A stretch of DNA of 64,000 bases from Candidatus Altimarinota bacterium (GTDB lineage: Bacteria; Patescibacteriota; Gracilibacteria; CAIRYL01), in assembly GCA_965250085.1 (NCBI GenBank), contig OZ252287.1, positions 672,001 to 736,000 on the forward strand, in the 5' to 3' direction. The position numbers and the translations under genes are program-made. The notes beneath the pieces are model-generated. The model did not search any database. It worked only from the letters and a program-made list of their open reading frames with translations, and was not told where the DNA came from. Below, one piece after another: positions 37,679 to 48,262 of the stretch (its first letter is position 1; each line of letters begins with the position of its first letter).

Positions 37679-40600
37679 CTATTTTTTGTCACGATAATAT
37701 TTTTTATGATATACAGCTCCTGCAGGGATGAGTTTTCCAATAATGACATTTTCTTTGAGTCCTTCAAGGTGATCTACTTTTCCTGTAGTGGAAGCCTCTA
37801 CCAGTACTCGTATGGTCTCCTGAAACGACGCGGCAGAAAGCCATGATTTCGTGGCAAGGGCAATTCGAGTAAGGCCTAAAAGTAATCTTTCATATGTTGG
37901 TGGCTTCTTTTTTGGATTTTCACGAATAAATATCTGAACTGTTTGATAATCCATTGTCTCTCCAGGCAGAACTCCAGGAACATCTCCCGGATCAATGATG
38001 CTCACAATAGAAAACATTTCTTTTACAATAATTTCTATATGCTTGTCACTAATAGTCTGTCCTTGCGAAGCGTAAATGCTTTGTACTTCATTTGTAATAT
38101 ATTTTTGAACTGTCTGAAGATCTGTTTTTTCCATGAGTTCTCTGAGGTTGAAATGCCCAAATGTTAAAGGCGTTCCGATCTCTACTGTGTCCCCATCTTC
38201 TATCATGAGTCGAGATGTTGAAGAAAATGAATGTTTTGCTATTACCTTTTTTGTATGCTTTATGACAATTTTATTTTTTTCAATTTTTTGTATTTTTCCT
38301 CCATATTTTGCTCTGAATATTTTGATACCCTTTGCTAGTATTTGGTTTTCCTTCACAAGATCTCCTTTTTTTACAGCAACTTTTGCTCCTTCATTAATAA
38401 AATATGTATCTTCTCCTAGTTTCGAAGCTTTAATTGTTAAAATAAATTCTTGATCGTGGTGATCAATAGATGCCATTCCAGAAACATCTGCTAAGATCGC
38501 TGGCGTCTTTGGCGTTCGTGCTTCAAAAAGTTCTTCTACACGTGTGAGTCCTTGAGTAATATCTGCTCCTTCCGCTACACCTCCCATGTGGAATGTTCTC
38601 ATGGTAAGCTGAGTACCAGGCTCTCCAATACTTTGAGCAGCAATAATACCAACCGGAGTTCCTACCTCTACTGTTTTGCTAGTTCCCAAGTCACGACCAT
38701 AACATTTTTGACAAATACCTCCAGGTGTTTCACAATTCATAATAGAGCGTACCTTTACAGCTTCAATACCACGTTCAATTATCTCGCCTAAAAGAGCGAC
38801 CCCTATCTCTTTATTTCTTTTGGCAATGATTTCTCCTGACTTTGGATCAGCAAGTGTTGCGGCAAGTGTTCGTCCGAAAATCCTTCTGTCAAACTGTTCT
38901 CCAACGTTCTGAGATTCTTCTTCTGTAATTTTATATATTTCTTTTGTTCCGCAGTCTTCTTCTTTGATAATAATGTCTTGTACCGCATCTACCAGACGTC
39001 TTGTCAGATATCCAGCTTCTGCCGTTTTGAGCGCCGTGTCCGATTTTCCTTTCCTTCCTCCATGAGTCGCAATAAAATATTCTAGAATAGAGAATCCTTC
39101 TTTCAAGTTTGCTTTAATGGGGAGTTCAATGGTTCGTCCAGATGGACTCGCAACAAGTCCTTTCATTCCTGAAAGTTGTGTAATTTGTCCCCAGTTTCCT
39201 CGAGCACCAGAATCAATCATGTAGAATATGTCATTTTCTGGTTTTTTGGAGTAATGTCCGACCATAGCGTTCGACAGTTCTGATTTAGCTTCTGCCCAGA
39301 TCTTTATGACATGGTTGTACCTTTCATTATCCGTTATAAGGCCTTTTGAGTATTGATTTGAAATAATAACTACCTTTGCTGTGGCTTTTTCTAAAACATC
39401 CTTTTTTTCTTCAGGAATCTCTATATCATCAACTCCTATAGAAATTCCCGACATTGTGGCATAGAAAAATCCCAGTTTTTTCATTTTGTCAGCTGTTTGT
39501 GAGGTAGTTTCAGCATCTGCAATTTCAAAGATATCACTGAGAAGTTTTTCAATTCCCTTTTTCTGTAGTGGCGCATTGATAAAAGGAACTATGTCAGGAA
39601 TCGCATCATTGAAAATAATTCTTCCCACAGAAGTTTCTACAATTTCTTCTCCTATTTTCACTTTCACAAGAGCTTGCAAATCAACATGGCCTAGGTCATG
39701 TGCAAAAATAGCTTCCTCTTCACTTCCAAACACAATTCCTTCTCCTTTTTTACCTTCATGTGTTCGCATCAAAAAGTAAATACCCAGCACCATATCCTGT
39801 GTTGGAGTGATGATGGGGTCTCCTGAAGAGGGCTTAAGAATATTGACACTCGAAAGCATAATCTCTCTTGCTTCTCGCTGGGCCTCTTCTGAAAGGGGAA
39901 GATGCACTGCCATTTGGTCTCCATCAAAGTCAGCGTTAAATGCTGCACAAACAAGTGGATGTACTTGGATTGCTTTTCCTTCAATGAGAATAGGTGAAAA
40001 TGACTGGATTCCAAGTCTGTGCAGTGTAGGAGCACGATTCAGGAGGACATGTTTTCCTTTAATTACATCATCCAGAATATCCCAAACAATCTTCTTTCCG
40101 GACTGAATTATTTTTTCAGCTCCTTTTACATTATGAGCAAATTCTCCACGAATAAGCTCTCCGATAATAAAGGGCTTAAAGAGCTTCATAGCAATTTCTT
40201 TTGGAAGTCCACACTGATTGAGGCTCAATTCTGGACCAACTACAATTACTGATCGTCCAGAATAATCCACACGTTTCCCTAGTAAATTTTGTCGAAATCT
40301 TCCTTGTTTCCCCTTGAGCATATCAGAAAGTGATCTCAGCTTTCTTCTATCCCCAGCAGTAAATACTGCTCTTCCTCCCCTGGGAGAGTTGTTAATAAGG
40401 GTGTCGACCGCTTCTTGCAGCATTCTTTTTTCGTTCCGACAGATTACTTCTGGTGCTCCTATTGCCATGAGTCTCTTGAGACGATTATTTCTATTGATAA
40501 TCCTTCTGTACAGGTCATTAAGGTCAGATGCTGCAAAACGTCCTCCATCAAGCTGCACCATAGGACGAAGATCAGGAGGAATGATTGGAAGTTGTTTCAA

Positions 40601-41497
40601 AATAAGCCATTCTGGGCGAATTTTTGCTCTTTGGAGACCACCTAAAAATCGGATGCGACGTAATGTCTTTTTCTGTTTTTGTCCACTGGCTGTTTGAGCA
40701 TCTACTTGAAGATTTTTGAGCATTTTCCCTACGTCTATTCTTTCTAAAATTGCCCGTATGCTTTCTGCTCCTGTCCCCGCCTTGAATACATGTCCAAACT
40801 TCATGTTCATTTCTCGATACTCTAGTTCTGTCATGAGTTTCCAGTCTGTTATTGACTCAAGTTCTTTTTTTGCTTTTTCATGAGTTTCTTTAAGGTCATC
40901 CATCTTTTTTGCTTCTTCAGATTCAAGTATTTCAATTTCTTTGGGAGGGGCATCTGATTTTTTAAGGGCTTTTCGTTTTTCTTTATAATCGTCTTGAATT
41001 TTTTTCTTATATGCTTTGAATTGTCGGTCAAGGTCATCTCTTGCTTCTTTTTTAGCCTCTTCATCAACAGAAATAACAATGTAAGAAGCAAAATATACAA
41101 CATGTTCAAGTCCTTTGATTGGAAGATCCATAATAAGACCAATGCGAGAAGGAGTAGATCTTAAGAACCAAGTATGTGCTACTGGTACGGCCAAAGAAAT
41201 ATGTGCCATTCGTTCTCTTCGGACAATCGCACGAGTTACTTCTACTCCACATTTTTCACAAATAACTCCTTTATATCGAATTTTTTTATATTTTCCACAA
41301 TAACATTCCCAATTTTTTATTGGTCCAAAGATCTTTTCGCAAAAAAGACCATCTCTTTCTGGTTTTTGAGTTCTATAATTTATGGTTTCAGGTTTTGTTA
41401 CCTCTCCATATGACCATCCTTGAATGCGATCTGGAGAAGCAACTGTAAGAGCAATCGAGTTAAATGAGTTGCTTTTTTTGTGACGAGGAGAAGGCAT
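37679..41497 (-). CDS. rpoC: RNA polymerase beta' subunit
   Basis: KPETINYRT, zinc finger, NADFDGD and GEPGTQLTMRTFH motifs. Confidence 0.99.
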   Translation of the reverse strand: MPSPRHKKSNSFNSIALTVASPDRIQGWSYGEVTKPETINYRTQKPERDGLFCEKIFGPIKNWECYCGKYKKIRYKGVICEKCGVEVTRAIVRRERMAHISLAVPVAHTWFLRSTPSRIGLIMDLPIKGLEHVVYFASYIVISVDEEAKKEARDDLDRQFKAYKKKIQDDYKEKRKALKKSDAPPKEIEILESEEAKKMDDLKETHEKAKKELESITDWKLMTELEYREMNMKFGHVFKAGTGAESIRAILERIDVGKMLKNLQVDAQTASGQKQKKTLRRIRFLGGLQRAKIRPEWLILKQLPIIPPDLRPMVQLDGGRFAASDLNDLYRRIINRNNRLKRLMAIGAPEVICRNEKRMLQEAVDTLINNSPRGGRAVFTAGDRRKLRSLSDMLKGKQGRFRQNLLGKRVDYSGRSVIVVGPELSLNQCGLPKEIAMKLFKPFIIGELIRGEFAHNVKGAEKIIQSGKKIVWDILDDVIKGKHVLLNRAPTLHRLGIQSFSPILIEGKAIQVHPLVCAAFNADFDGDQMAVHLPLSEEAQREAREIMLSSVNILKPSSGDPIITPTQDMVLGIYFLMRTHEGKKGEGIVFGSEEEAIFAHDLGHVDLQALVKVKIGEEIVETSVGRIIFNDAIPDIVPFINAPLQKKGIEKLLSDIFEIADAETTSQTADKMKKLGFFYATMSGISIGVDDIEIPEEKKDVLEKATAKVVIISNQYSKGLITDNERYNHVIKIWAEAKSELSNAMVGHYSKKPENDIFYMIDSGARGNWGQITQLSGMKGLVASPSGRTIELPIKANLKEGFSILEYFIATHGGRKGKSDTALKTAEAGYLTRRLVDAVQDIIIKEEDCGTKEIYKITEEESQNVGEQFDRRIFGRTLAATLADPKSGEIIAKRNKEIGVALLGEIIERGIEAVKVRSIMNCETPGGICQKCYGRDLGTSKTVEVGTPVGIIAAQSIGEPGTQLTMRTFHMGGVAEGADITQGLTRVEELFEARTPKTPAILADVSGMASIDHHDQEFILTIKASKLGEDTYFINEGAKVAVKKGDLVKENQILAKGIKIFRAKYGGKIQKIEKNKIVIKHTKKVIAKHSFSSTSRLMIEDGDTVEIGTPLTFGHFNLRELMEKTDLQTVQKYITNEVQSIYASQGQTISDKHIEIIVKEMFSIVSIIDPGDVPGVLPGETMDYQTVQIFIRENPKKKPPTYERLLLGLTRIALATKSWLSAASFQETIRVLVEASTTGKVDHLEGLKENVIIGKLIPAGAVYHKKYYRDKK

Positions 41498-41539
41498 GTT
41501 TAGAGAAAAAATGTGAGAGAAAGAAAGGCAAAAAGAAGA

Positions 41540-42019
41540 TTATTTCTTTTCAGAGGCATCTTCAATATCTGAGAAGAAATCATCATCAATTTCATTCAAT
41601 GGATCTGACGATCCATCTGCCTGAGGAACATCTTCTTCAAAGTTAGAATTCTCTTCAGTCTCGGGATCGTTACCCTCATCTGAAGGAGCTCTCTTTTCTA
41701 GCATTATCATGTCATTTGCAACAATTTCTGTTCGGAAGATTTTGACTCCAGATTCATGATCCCATGACCTGGTTTTTAAATATCCTTCAATATAGACAAG
41801 TTTTCCTTTTTTAAGGAGTTCTTCACAGAGTTCAGCAAGTCTCCCCCAGGCAACAATATTATGATATTCCGCTAGAGATTGCTTTTGTCGGTCCGAGCCA
41901 ACCCATTCTCTATTCGTCGCAAGTCCAAATGTTACAATTGTTTGTCCATTTGTTGTTTTTCGTATCTGTGGATCTCGAGTGATGTTTCCTACGAGAATGA
42001 CTTTGTTAATGCTTCTCAT
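41540..42019 (-). CDS. ssb: Single-stranded DNA-binding protein
   Basis: INKVILVGN..RDP, H.IVAWG.LAE and KG.LVYIEG.L.TRSW motifs, with an acidic tail. Confidence 0.95.
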   Translation of the reverse strand: MRSINKVILVGNITRDPQIRKTTNGQTIVTFGLATNREWVGSDRQKQSLAEYHNIVAWGRLAELCEELLKKGKLVYIEGYLKTRSWDHESGVKIFRTEIVANDMIMLEKRAPSDEGNDPETEENSNFEEDVPQADGSSDPLNEIDDDFFSDIEDASEKK

Positions 42020-42051
42020 AATTACGCAATAATGAAAAAATAAAAAATAAC

Positions 42052-45000
42052 TTATAAAGCTTTTTCTTTAGCAGCGTCAGATATTTCTTTCTCCATAGTT
42101 TTGCCTCCCACGTCTCCTTCTCCATGAAGTTCTTCTTCAATTTCTTCTTCAGATTCAGAAACCAGAGTTGCCTCTTGAAGTTCACTCATCTTGTCGGATG
42201 CGGGAAGAATATCGGCGACATCTTGTTCAGGAGGCAGTTCTACATGTTCTACTTCCCTACCACTCTCTTCCATAAGGTCCACATAGATACAAAGTGCTTT
42301 CAGTTCATGTACTAAGACATTAAATGACTCTGGCGTGTTGGGTCTTCGGATGTCTTCTGCCTTTACTATACTTTCATATGCACGAGCACGACCAATGACA
42401 TCATCTGACTTGATCGTCAGCATTTCCTGTAAGGTGTGCGCTGCTCCATATGCCTCAAGTGCCCATACTTCCATTTCTCCAAAACGCTGTCCTCCATGCT
42501 GTGCTTTTCCTCCCAAGGGCTGTTGTGTCACAATAGAATATGGTCCCACTGATCTAGCATGCAGTTTATCTGCCACCAAGTGAGAAAGCTTAAGAATATA
42601 CGCCATTCCTACAGTTGTTTCATGAACAAATGGCTCTCCTGTTCTTCCATCGTAAAGTTGCACTTTTCCCGTTTCTGGCAAATTTGCTGTCTTGAGGAGT
42701 TCCACAATGCTTGCGGGTGGAATACCGTTAAGTACTGGGGTGGCAAATCTCAGCCCCAGTTCAGAAGCTGCCCATCCCAAATGCGTTTCCAGAATCTGAC
42801 CGATGTTCATGCGAGAGGTTACCCCAAGTGGATTCAAAATAATGTCCACAGGCGTTCCGTCTGGAAGAAATGGCATATCTTCCTGGGGAACAATTTTTGA
42901 AATAACTCCTTTATTTCCATGCCTCCCTGCTACTTTATCTCCTACTTGGATTTTTCTTGTTTTGGCGACAAATACCCTGACTTGTTTAATAACTCCCTGC
43001 GGAAGATCATCACCTCCATCACGAGAAAAAATTTGAATATCTACTATTTTTCCTCCTTCACCACCAGGAAGTCTGAGTGAAGTATCTTTTACGTCTTTTG
43101 CTTTTTCTCCAAAGATTGCCTGTAAAAGCCTTTCTTCTGGGTTAAGTTCTGTTTCTCCCTTAGGAGTAATTTTTCCTACGAGAATATCTCCTTCGTGCAC
43201 CATAGATCCTATTCGAATGATTCCATCTGTATCTAGATCTTTGAGCTTTACTTCTCCTACATTTGGAATATCCCTTGTGATCATTTCTGGTCCAAGCTTG
43301 GTATCTCTTACGTCAATGGTAAAGTTCTCGATATGAATCGAATCATATACTCCGTCTCTTACGAGGCGATCAGAAATTACTACTGCATCTTCAAAATTAT
43401 ATCCGCTCCAAGACATATAGGCCACAAGCAAATTCTTTCCGAGGGCTATTTCTCCCTTTTCCACCGCTGCTCCATTGGCCAGTACTTGGCTTTTTTCAAA
43501 TTTTTCTCCTTTATTCACTGCTGGGCGCATGTGAAAACACATCGCTTGATTTGAGCGCATAAAATTGGCAAGAGGGTAGGTGTGTTTTTTTCCATTTTCG
43601 TAAAGGACTGTGATTTCTGAAGCATCGAGATTTACCACCTTCCCCGCTTCTTCTGCAAAAATCGCTTGACCAGAGTATCTTGCGACGGTTTCTTCAAACC
43701 CTGTTCCCACCAATGGTGCCTCTGGCGAAACCAGTGGTACAGCTTGGCGCTGCATGTTGGATCCCATAGAAGCACGAGTATTGTCATCATGTTCGAGAAA
43801 AGGGATAAGGGCGGTGCTTTCAGAAATAATTTGTCGAGGCGAAACATCAATATGTGTAACTTCTGTAGTATGGACCATGACCGCTTCTCCATTCTTTCGT
43901 GCAGAAATTTGATCCTTCACAAACTGGCCTTTGTCATCCAAGAATGAATTTGCCTGTGCTGTCACAAGCCCTTTTTCTTCATCCGCATCATAGTATTTAA
44001 CGTCATCAGTAATATGGGCTCTTACCTGCACCTCTTTTCTCTTTTTATCTGCGCCAATTTTTTTTGTCATCTCCGAAGTAATTACACTCCCTTTTTTCCC
44101 AGCGCGAGCAATGCTTTCTTCCAAGATTCTCCCTAATAAGTGCTTTTGAGTATTTGGAACAGCATGAGCTACTGCACGAAAAGGGGTTTCTATGAATCCA
44201 TAGGAGTTCACCTTGGCATATGTTGCTAAATGTACCACCAATCCGATATTTGGCCCTTCTGGAGTAGAAATGGGGCAAATGCGGCCATAATGAGATGAAT
44301 GTACGTCGCGTACATCAAAGCTCGCTCGCTCTCGTGAAAGTCCTCCTGGTCCCATAGCAGAAAGTCTTCGCTTATGTGCGAGTTCTGCTAAAGGATTAGT
44401 TTGATCCATAAACTGCGAAAGTTGTGAACTGGCATAAAACTCTCTCATTGCTGCCGTAATAGGCCGAGAGTTAATGAGTTGTGTTGGAGTGACTGTTTCG
44501 AGGTCTACGACAGTCATTCGGTCTTTAGCAATACGATCTGTACGCATGAGACCGACACGAAACTTATTCTGTACCAGTTCGCCAACACTTCGTATTCGCC
44601 TATTGGAAAGATGATCAATATCATCTTCAAGTGGTGCTCCAATGTTGAGACCCACCAATTCACACAGAATACTGTAAAAATCTTCTGCCTGAAAAGTGCG
44701 ATGTTCGTAGTCGTTTGGAAAATCTGTGCCAAATCGTTTATTAAGTTTGTAACGGGCAATAGGTCCCATGTCGTATCGCTTAAAATCGAGGAACATGCCG
44801 TCTATAAGTGATTTTGCATTTGCTGCTGTTGCCAGATCTCCAGGACGAATTTTTCGATAAATAGCCTGATACGCTTCTGGTACTGCCTTTACACTGTCTT
44901 TCTCAAGTGTCTTTAGGATACCGTTTTCTTCAGGACGTTCTGTCAAATGACCAAATGCGGCCATGATCTTTTCATCTGTATCATATCCAAATATTCTGAG

Positions 45001-45645
45001 AAGTTGTGTAACCGGAATTTTTCTTTTTCGATCTATTTTAACCGTAATCATTCCTTTTTTATCTGTCTCAACCTCCAGCCAAACCCCTCTCTTTGGAATT
45101 ATTTTGGCATTGAATGATCCAGGAACTGTTGAATTTTTTGAAAAGAATGCTCCAGGAGATCGAACGAGTTGATTGACCACCACTCGCTCAATACCATTGA
45201 CTACGAAGGTTCCTCTTTGCGTCATAAGTGGGATAGCTCCGAGAAATACTTCCTGCTCTTTAATTTCTCCAGTTTCTTTATTGACCAACTTAACACGGAC
45301 TTTCAAATTTGATTCATACGATGCATTTTTTCGCTTCGCTTCAGCAGCTGTCAGTTTTGGCTTCTCAAAAGAATGCTTCAAAAAATAAAGCTCCATCTTT
45401 TTGCCAGAAAAGTCCGTGATGGGAGATACCTCATCTAGTAGCTCACGTATTCCCTCTTGCAAGAACCATTCATACGAATTGAGTTGTACTTCTATAAGAT
45501 TTGGGACAGAAAATCCATCTCCAGAATCCGTAAGAAAAAGGCGTCCATTTTGATTCTTAAGAACCTCAAATGGAAGCTTTGGAAGTGAAGGAGATGTCTT
45601 TTTAGAAGTTTTCTTTTTTGAAGAAGTTTTTTTGATCTTTGGCAT
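42052..45645 (-). CDS. rpoB: RNA polymerase beta subunit
   Basis: SQLSQFMDQTNPLAELAHKRRLS, GDKVAGRHGNKG and GGQRFGEMEVWALE motifs. Confidence 0.99.
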   Translation of the reverse strand: MPKIKKTSSKKKTSKKTSPSLPKLPFEVLKNQNGRLFLTDSGDGFSVPNLIEVQLNSYEWFLQEGIRELLDEVSPITDFSGKKMELYFLKHSFEKPKLTAAEAKRKNASYESNLKVRVKLVNKETGEIKEQEVFLGAIPLMTQRGTFVVNGIERVVVNQLVRSPGAFFSKNSTVPGSFNAKIIPKRGVWLEVETDKKGMITVKIDRKRKIPVTQLLRIFGYDTDEKIMAAFGHLTERPEENGILKTLEKDSVKAVPEAYQAIYRKIRPGDLATAANAKSLIDGMFLDFKRYDMGPIARYKLNKRFGTDFPNDYEHRTFQAEDFYSILCELVGLNIGAPLEDDIDHLSNRRIRSVGELVQNKFRVGLMRTDRIAKDRMTVVDLETVTPTQLINSRPITAAMREFYASSQLSQFMDQTNPLAELAHKRRLSAMGPGGLSRERASFDVRDVHSSHYGRICPISTPEGPNIGLVVHLATYAKVNSYGFIETPFRAVAHAVPNTQKHLLGRILEESIARAGKKGSVITSEMTKKIGADKKRKEVQVRAHITDDVKYYDADEEKGLVTAQANSFLDDKGQFVKDQISARKNGEAVMVHTTEVTHIDVSPRQIISESTALIPFLEHDDNTRASMGSNMQRQAVPLVSPEAPLVGTGFEETVARYSGQAIFAEEAGKVVNLDASEITVLYENGKKHTYPLANFMRSNQAMCFHMRPAVNKGEKFEKSQVLANGAAVEKGEIALGKNLLVAYMSWSGYNFEDAVVISDRLVRDGVYDSIHIENFTIDVRDTKLGPEMITRDIPNVGEVKLKDLDTDGIIRIGSMVHEGDILVGKITPKGETELNPEERLLQAIFGEKAKDVKDTSLRLPGGEGGKIVDIQIFSRDGGDDLPQGVIKQVRVFVAKTRKIQVGDKVAGRHGNKGVISKIVPQEDMPFLPDGTPVDIILNPLGVTSRMNIGQILETHLGWAASELGLRFATPVLNGIPPASIVELLKTANLPETGKVQLYDGRTGEPFVHETTVGMAYILKLSHLVADKLHARSVGPYSIVTQQPLGGKAQHGGQRFGEMEVWALEAYGAAHTLQEMLTIKSDDVIGRARAYESIVKAEDIRRPNTPESFNVLVHELKALCIYVDLMEESGREVEHVELPPEQDVADILPASDKMSELQEATLVSESEEEIEEELHGEGDVGGKTMEKEISDAAKEKAL

Positions 45646-45758
45646 ACAAAAACAGACGAAAGAGGTTCAAAGAAGCCATTCCTATATTTGGAATTTTTGC
45701 TTTTTTGTGCCCAAGCTCAGAACTCACGATTTTCTCTGGGTTCAAAAATGTCTCGAGG

Positions 45759-45786
45759 ATTATACCGAAAAGAAAGTCCATTGCAA
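45759..45786 (-). promoter_or_regulatory. Sigma70-like promoter for rpoB
   Basis: TTGCAA-16 bp-TATAAT on the minus strand. Confidence 0.55.
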
Positions 45787-45886
45787 GAGAATATTTAGAA
45801 AAATGTAAGATTGTCTTTTTGGGAAAACAATATGGAAAAAAGCTGTATTTTCTGCTATAATGATAAGATGTTTTGATCAATCATTC

Positions 45887-46591
45887 ATGCAAAAAATCCC
45901 TTTTACGCAAAAGGCTATAGAACTCAGTAGTACGTTTTTTAATTCTAGTACTCAGAATTTTGGACAAATTTTGCAAGTGCTTGGCAATGTACTGATTGCT
46001 GTGGGAATTGTTCTTCTCGGATGGATGCTTGGAAAATATGCAGAAAAGTTGTTTCGCAGGCTGGAAAAGAAACTCAAAGTAGCAAAACTGTATCAAAAAA
46101 TAGGACTGACTCACCTTTTACAAAAAGCAAATATCAAAGCTTCTGCAGGTGAGATTATTGGAAAACTAGCAAAAGGATACATAATTACCATTTTTGTCAT
46201 TACCGCTGCAAACGTTTTAGGATTTACGCAGGTTTCTGAGTTTCTCGACAGTGTTATTGCCTATATCCCTAATGTTCTTATCGCACTCGTTATTATTTTG
46301 CTCGGCATGAGAATTGCTGATACGAGTAGTGCTATTTTAGAAAATACTCTCAAATTGGCCCACTCGGGTGCTGCAAAAACTCTTGCTCTGAGTGCAAAAT
46401 ATATCATCATTACCTTTGCTATTCTTGGAGCACTTTTTGAACTCAAAATTGCAGAAGACCTTGTTCGCATTCTTTTTACAGGATTCATTGCCATGATTGT
46501 CCTTGCTGGAGGACTTGCTTTTGGGCTTGGGGGAAAGGAAGTGGTAAGAGAGTTTTTGGATGACATGAAACGTGCACATCCAAAGAAATAG
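45887..46591 (+). CDS. CmpX-like / mechanosensitive-channel-associated TM-helix protein
   Basis: Repeated YIPNVLIA..I...G TM motif and C-terminal LAFGLGGKE. Confidence 0.8.
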   Translation: MQKIPFTQKAIELSSTFFNSSTQNFGQILQVLGNVLIAVGIVLLGWMLGKYAEKLFRRLEKKLKVAKLYQKIGLTHLLQKANIKASAGEIIGKLAKGYIITIFVITAANVLGFTQVSEFLDSVIAYIPNVLIALVIILLGMRIADTSSAILENTLKLAHSGAAKTLALSAKYIIITFAILGALFELKIAEDLVRILFTGFIAMIVLAGGLAFGLGGKEVVREFLDDMKRAHPKK

Positions 46592-46628
46592 TTCCTATTT
46601 TTACATACATCAAAGATCCTTGTGTGTA

Positions 46629-47447
46629 TTATCTTCTTTTTGAAGAATGAGGTGTCCTTTGTGACTTATTGCGAGTAAGAAGTGTTTTTTGTAGTTTGTT
46701 TCGAGTAACTTTAGAATTATTCCTTGGGAGTGAAACATGTCCCCAGAGGGCCACTTGATCGCCATTCAGATCATCACCGTACCGAATTTCTGCATTGAGA
46801 CCAAACCTTTCATTTCCTACTGAAGCTCTGAAAGAAAGGTGTCCTTCAAAACTTTTCCGAACTATGATTCGTGTCGGATACAGGCTGTGAGAGGCAAATG
46901 TATTTCCAATGCCAGCAGAGGTCTCTGAGAGATGAAAAGAAAGTTCATTATCCCACCTTTCTTCTCCTTCTTGTAACGATTTTTTTTCTTGTCTTCTCTC
47001 TTGATAAGAGTCAAAAAATCCAGAAAACAGATCGTTATCAATTTTATCTCGAATAAGTTTTTCAAAGGCGTCTGCATATGCCTCTCTCACCTCTTCATAA
47101 CCCGGCAGGGTTGTAATGTCATTTCCAAATGCGAATGCTCTGTCATATTCAGATCTTGCAAAGAGAAGGTCCCTTTCTTTCCTTCCTTCCAGTGCATCTT
47201 CATCAAAAATATTCTCTTCTCTCTCTATCTGAAGTGAATATGGAGGTGTTTCAGTTGCAAGAGATTCTTGAAATTCCAATCGCATGTCACTGATTGCTTG
47301 TCTCACGGCTAAAAAGATTGGCTGGGAATCAGGCGACTTGATTTCTTGCTCCTGTGCAAGTGCCTCTGTCCCGCCCATCTTCAAAAGAATTGCAAGCGCC
47401 ATGGCTGTCCTACTGGGCAATCTTTGATTTTTTGAAGAGCCTTTCAT
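46629..47447 (-). CDS. Hypothetical protein, possibly exported
   Basis: Signal-like MALAILLKMGGTEALA-QE and a beta-strand-rich C-terminus. Confidence 0.65.
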   Translation of the reverse strand: MKGSSKNQRLPSRTAMALAILLKMGGTEALAQEQEIKSPDSQPIFLAVRQAISDMRLEFQESLATETPPYSLQIEREENIFDEDALEGRKERDLLFARSEYDRAFAFGNDITTLPGYEEVREAYADAFEKLIRDKIDNDLFSGFFDSYQERRQEKKSLQEGEERWDNELSFHLSETSAGIGNTFASHSLYPTRIIVRKSFEGHLSFRASVGNERFGLNAEIRYGDDLNGDQVALWGHVSLPRNNSKVTRNKLQKTLLTRNKSQRTPHSSKRR

Positions 47448-47584
47448 GAACTCAAAAAATATTCAAGAACTAAAAAATTGTTCACAATAAGGATACACCT
47501 CGTAGACATATTTGCAAGTTTTTTTGAGCAGGGAAGAAGCCGATCTTCTTATGAAAGAAGATCTCTTGATTTTCAATTCCTCTA

Positions 47585-47929
47585 TTACTTCATCACTTTC
47601 TCCACTACTGTCTTGAATATTTCTGGATGTTCTACTGCGAGATTTGAAAGCACCTTACGATTAAGAATAATCATGTTGCTTGTAAGCCCATGCTGAAAGC
47701 GAGAATAATTATATCCTTGCTCTTTGAGTGCAGCAGAGATACGAGTAATCCAAAGCTTTCTAAAATCTCTTTTTTTTGTTCTGCGATGAGCATATGCGTG
47801 TTGCCCTGCCTTCATAACTGCATTCTTTGCGAGTCGAAAGAGCTTGGATCTTCCCCATCGATATCCTTTTGCCATTTTTAATATTTTTTTGTGGCGCCTG
47901 CGCGTCGCTGGACTGTTCGTAACTCTCAT
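47585..47929 (-). CDS. rplT: 50S ribosomal protein L20
   Basis: MRV..RRRHKKILKMAKGY..AY.HRR.KKRDFRKLWITRI; start set at ATG 47929. Confidence 0.97.
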   Translation of the reverse strand: MRVTNSPATRRRHKKILKMAKGYRWGRSKLFRLAKNAVMKAGQHAYAHRRTKKRDFRKLWITRISAALKEQGYNYSRFQHGLTSNMIILNRKVLSNLAVEHPEIFKTVVEKVMK

Positions 47930-47948
47930 GAGCGATAAATATGAAAAA

Positions 47949-48167
47949 TTAGAATGAAGGAAGAAGTTTTTTGACTGCTTTTTTGTTTGATGCACCCAAA
48001 ACATGTGGCTTGTCTGCCAATTTCTTCTGACGTTTTGATTTTTGCAAAAGAAGATGATTTCTTCCTGGTTTTTGAATTTTCCATTTTCCACTTCCAGTGC
48101 GAGCTATTCTTTTTTTTGCTGCAGATTTATTCTTTTGCTTGCCGATTTTACCAATTTTGCCTGCCAT
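47949..48167 (-). CDS. rpmI: 50S ribosomal protein L35
   Basis: K.KSAAKKR..TGSGK...H.L..KS pattern, located between infC and rplT. Confidence 0.93.
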   Translation of the reverse strand: MAGKIGKIGKQKNKSAAKKRIARTGSGKWKIQKPGRNHLLLQKSKRQKKLADKPHVLGASNKKAVKKLLPSF

Positions 48168-48262
48168 AGGAGGAATACAAATGAGAAATAATAAATACAG
48201 ATGGCTACTAATTTTTGATCTTTAATAAATGGTGAATGACTCACTATGGAGCAGATCGAGTA

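Noticed and set aside
44340-44440. Rifampicin-resistance substitutions in rpoB
   Set aside because: Key cluster I residues (Q, D, H, R, S) are the sensitive type.
47930-48091. N-terminal extension of rplT
   Set aside because: It overlaps rpmI in another frame, and L20 similarity starts at ATG 47929.
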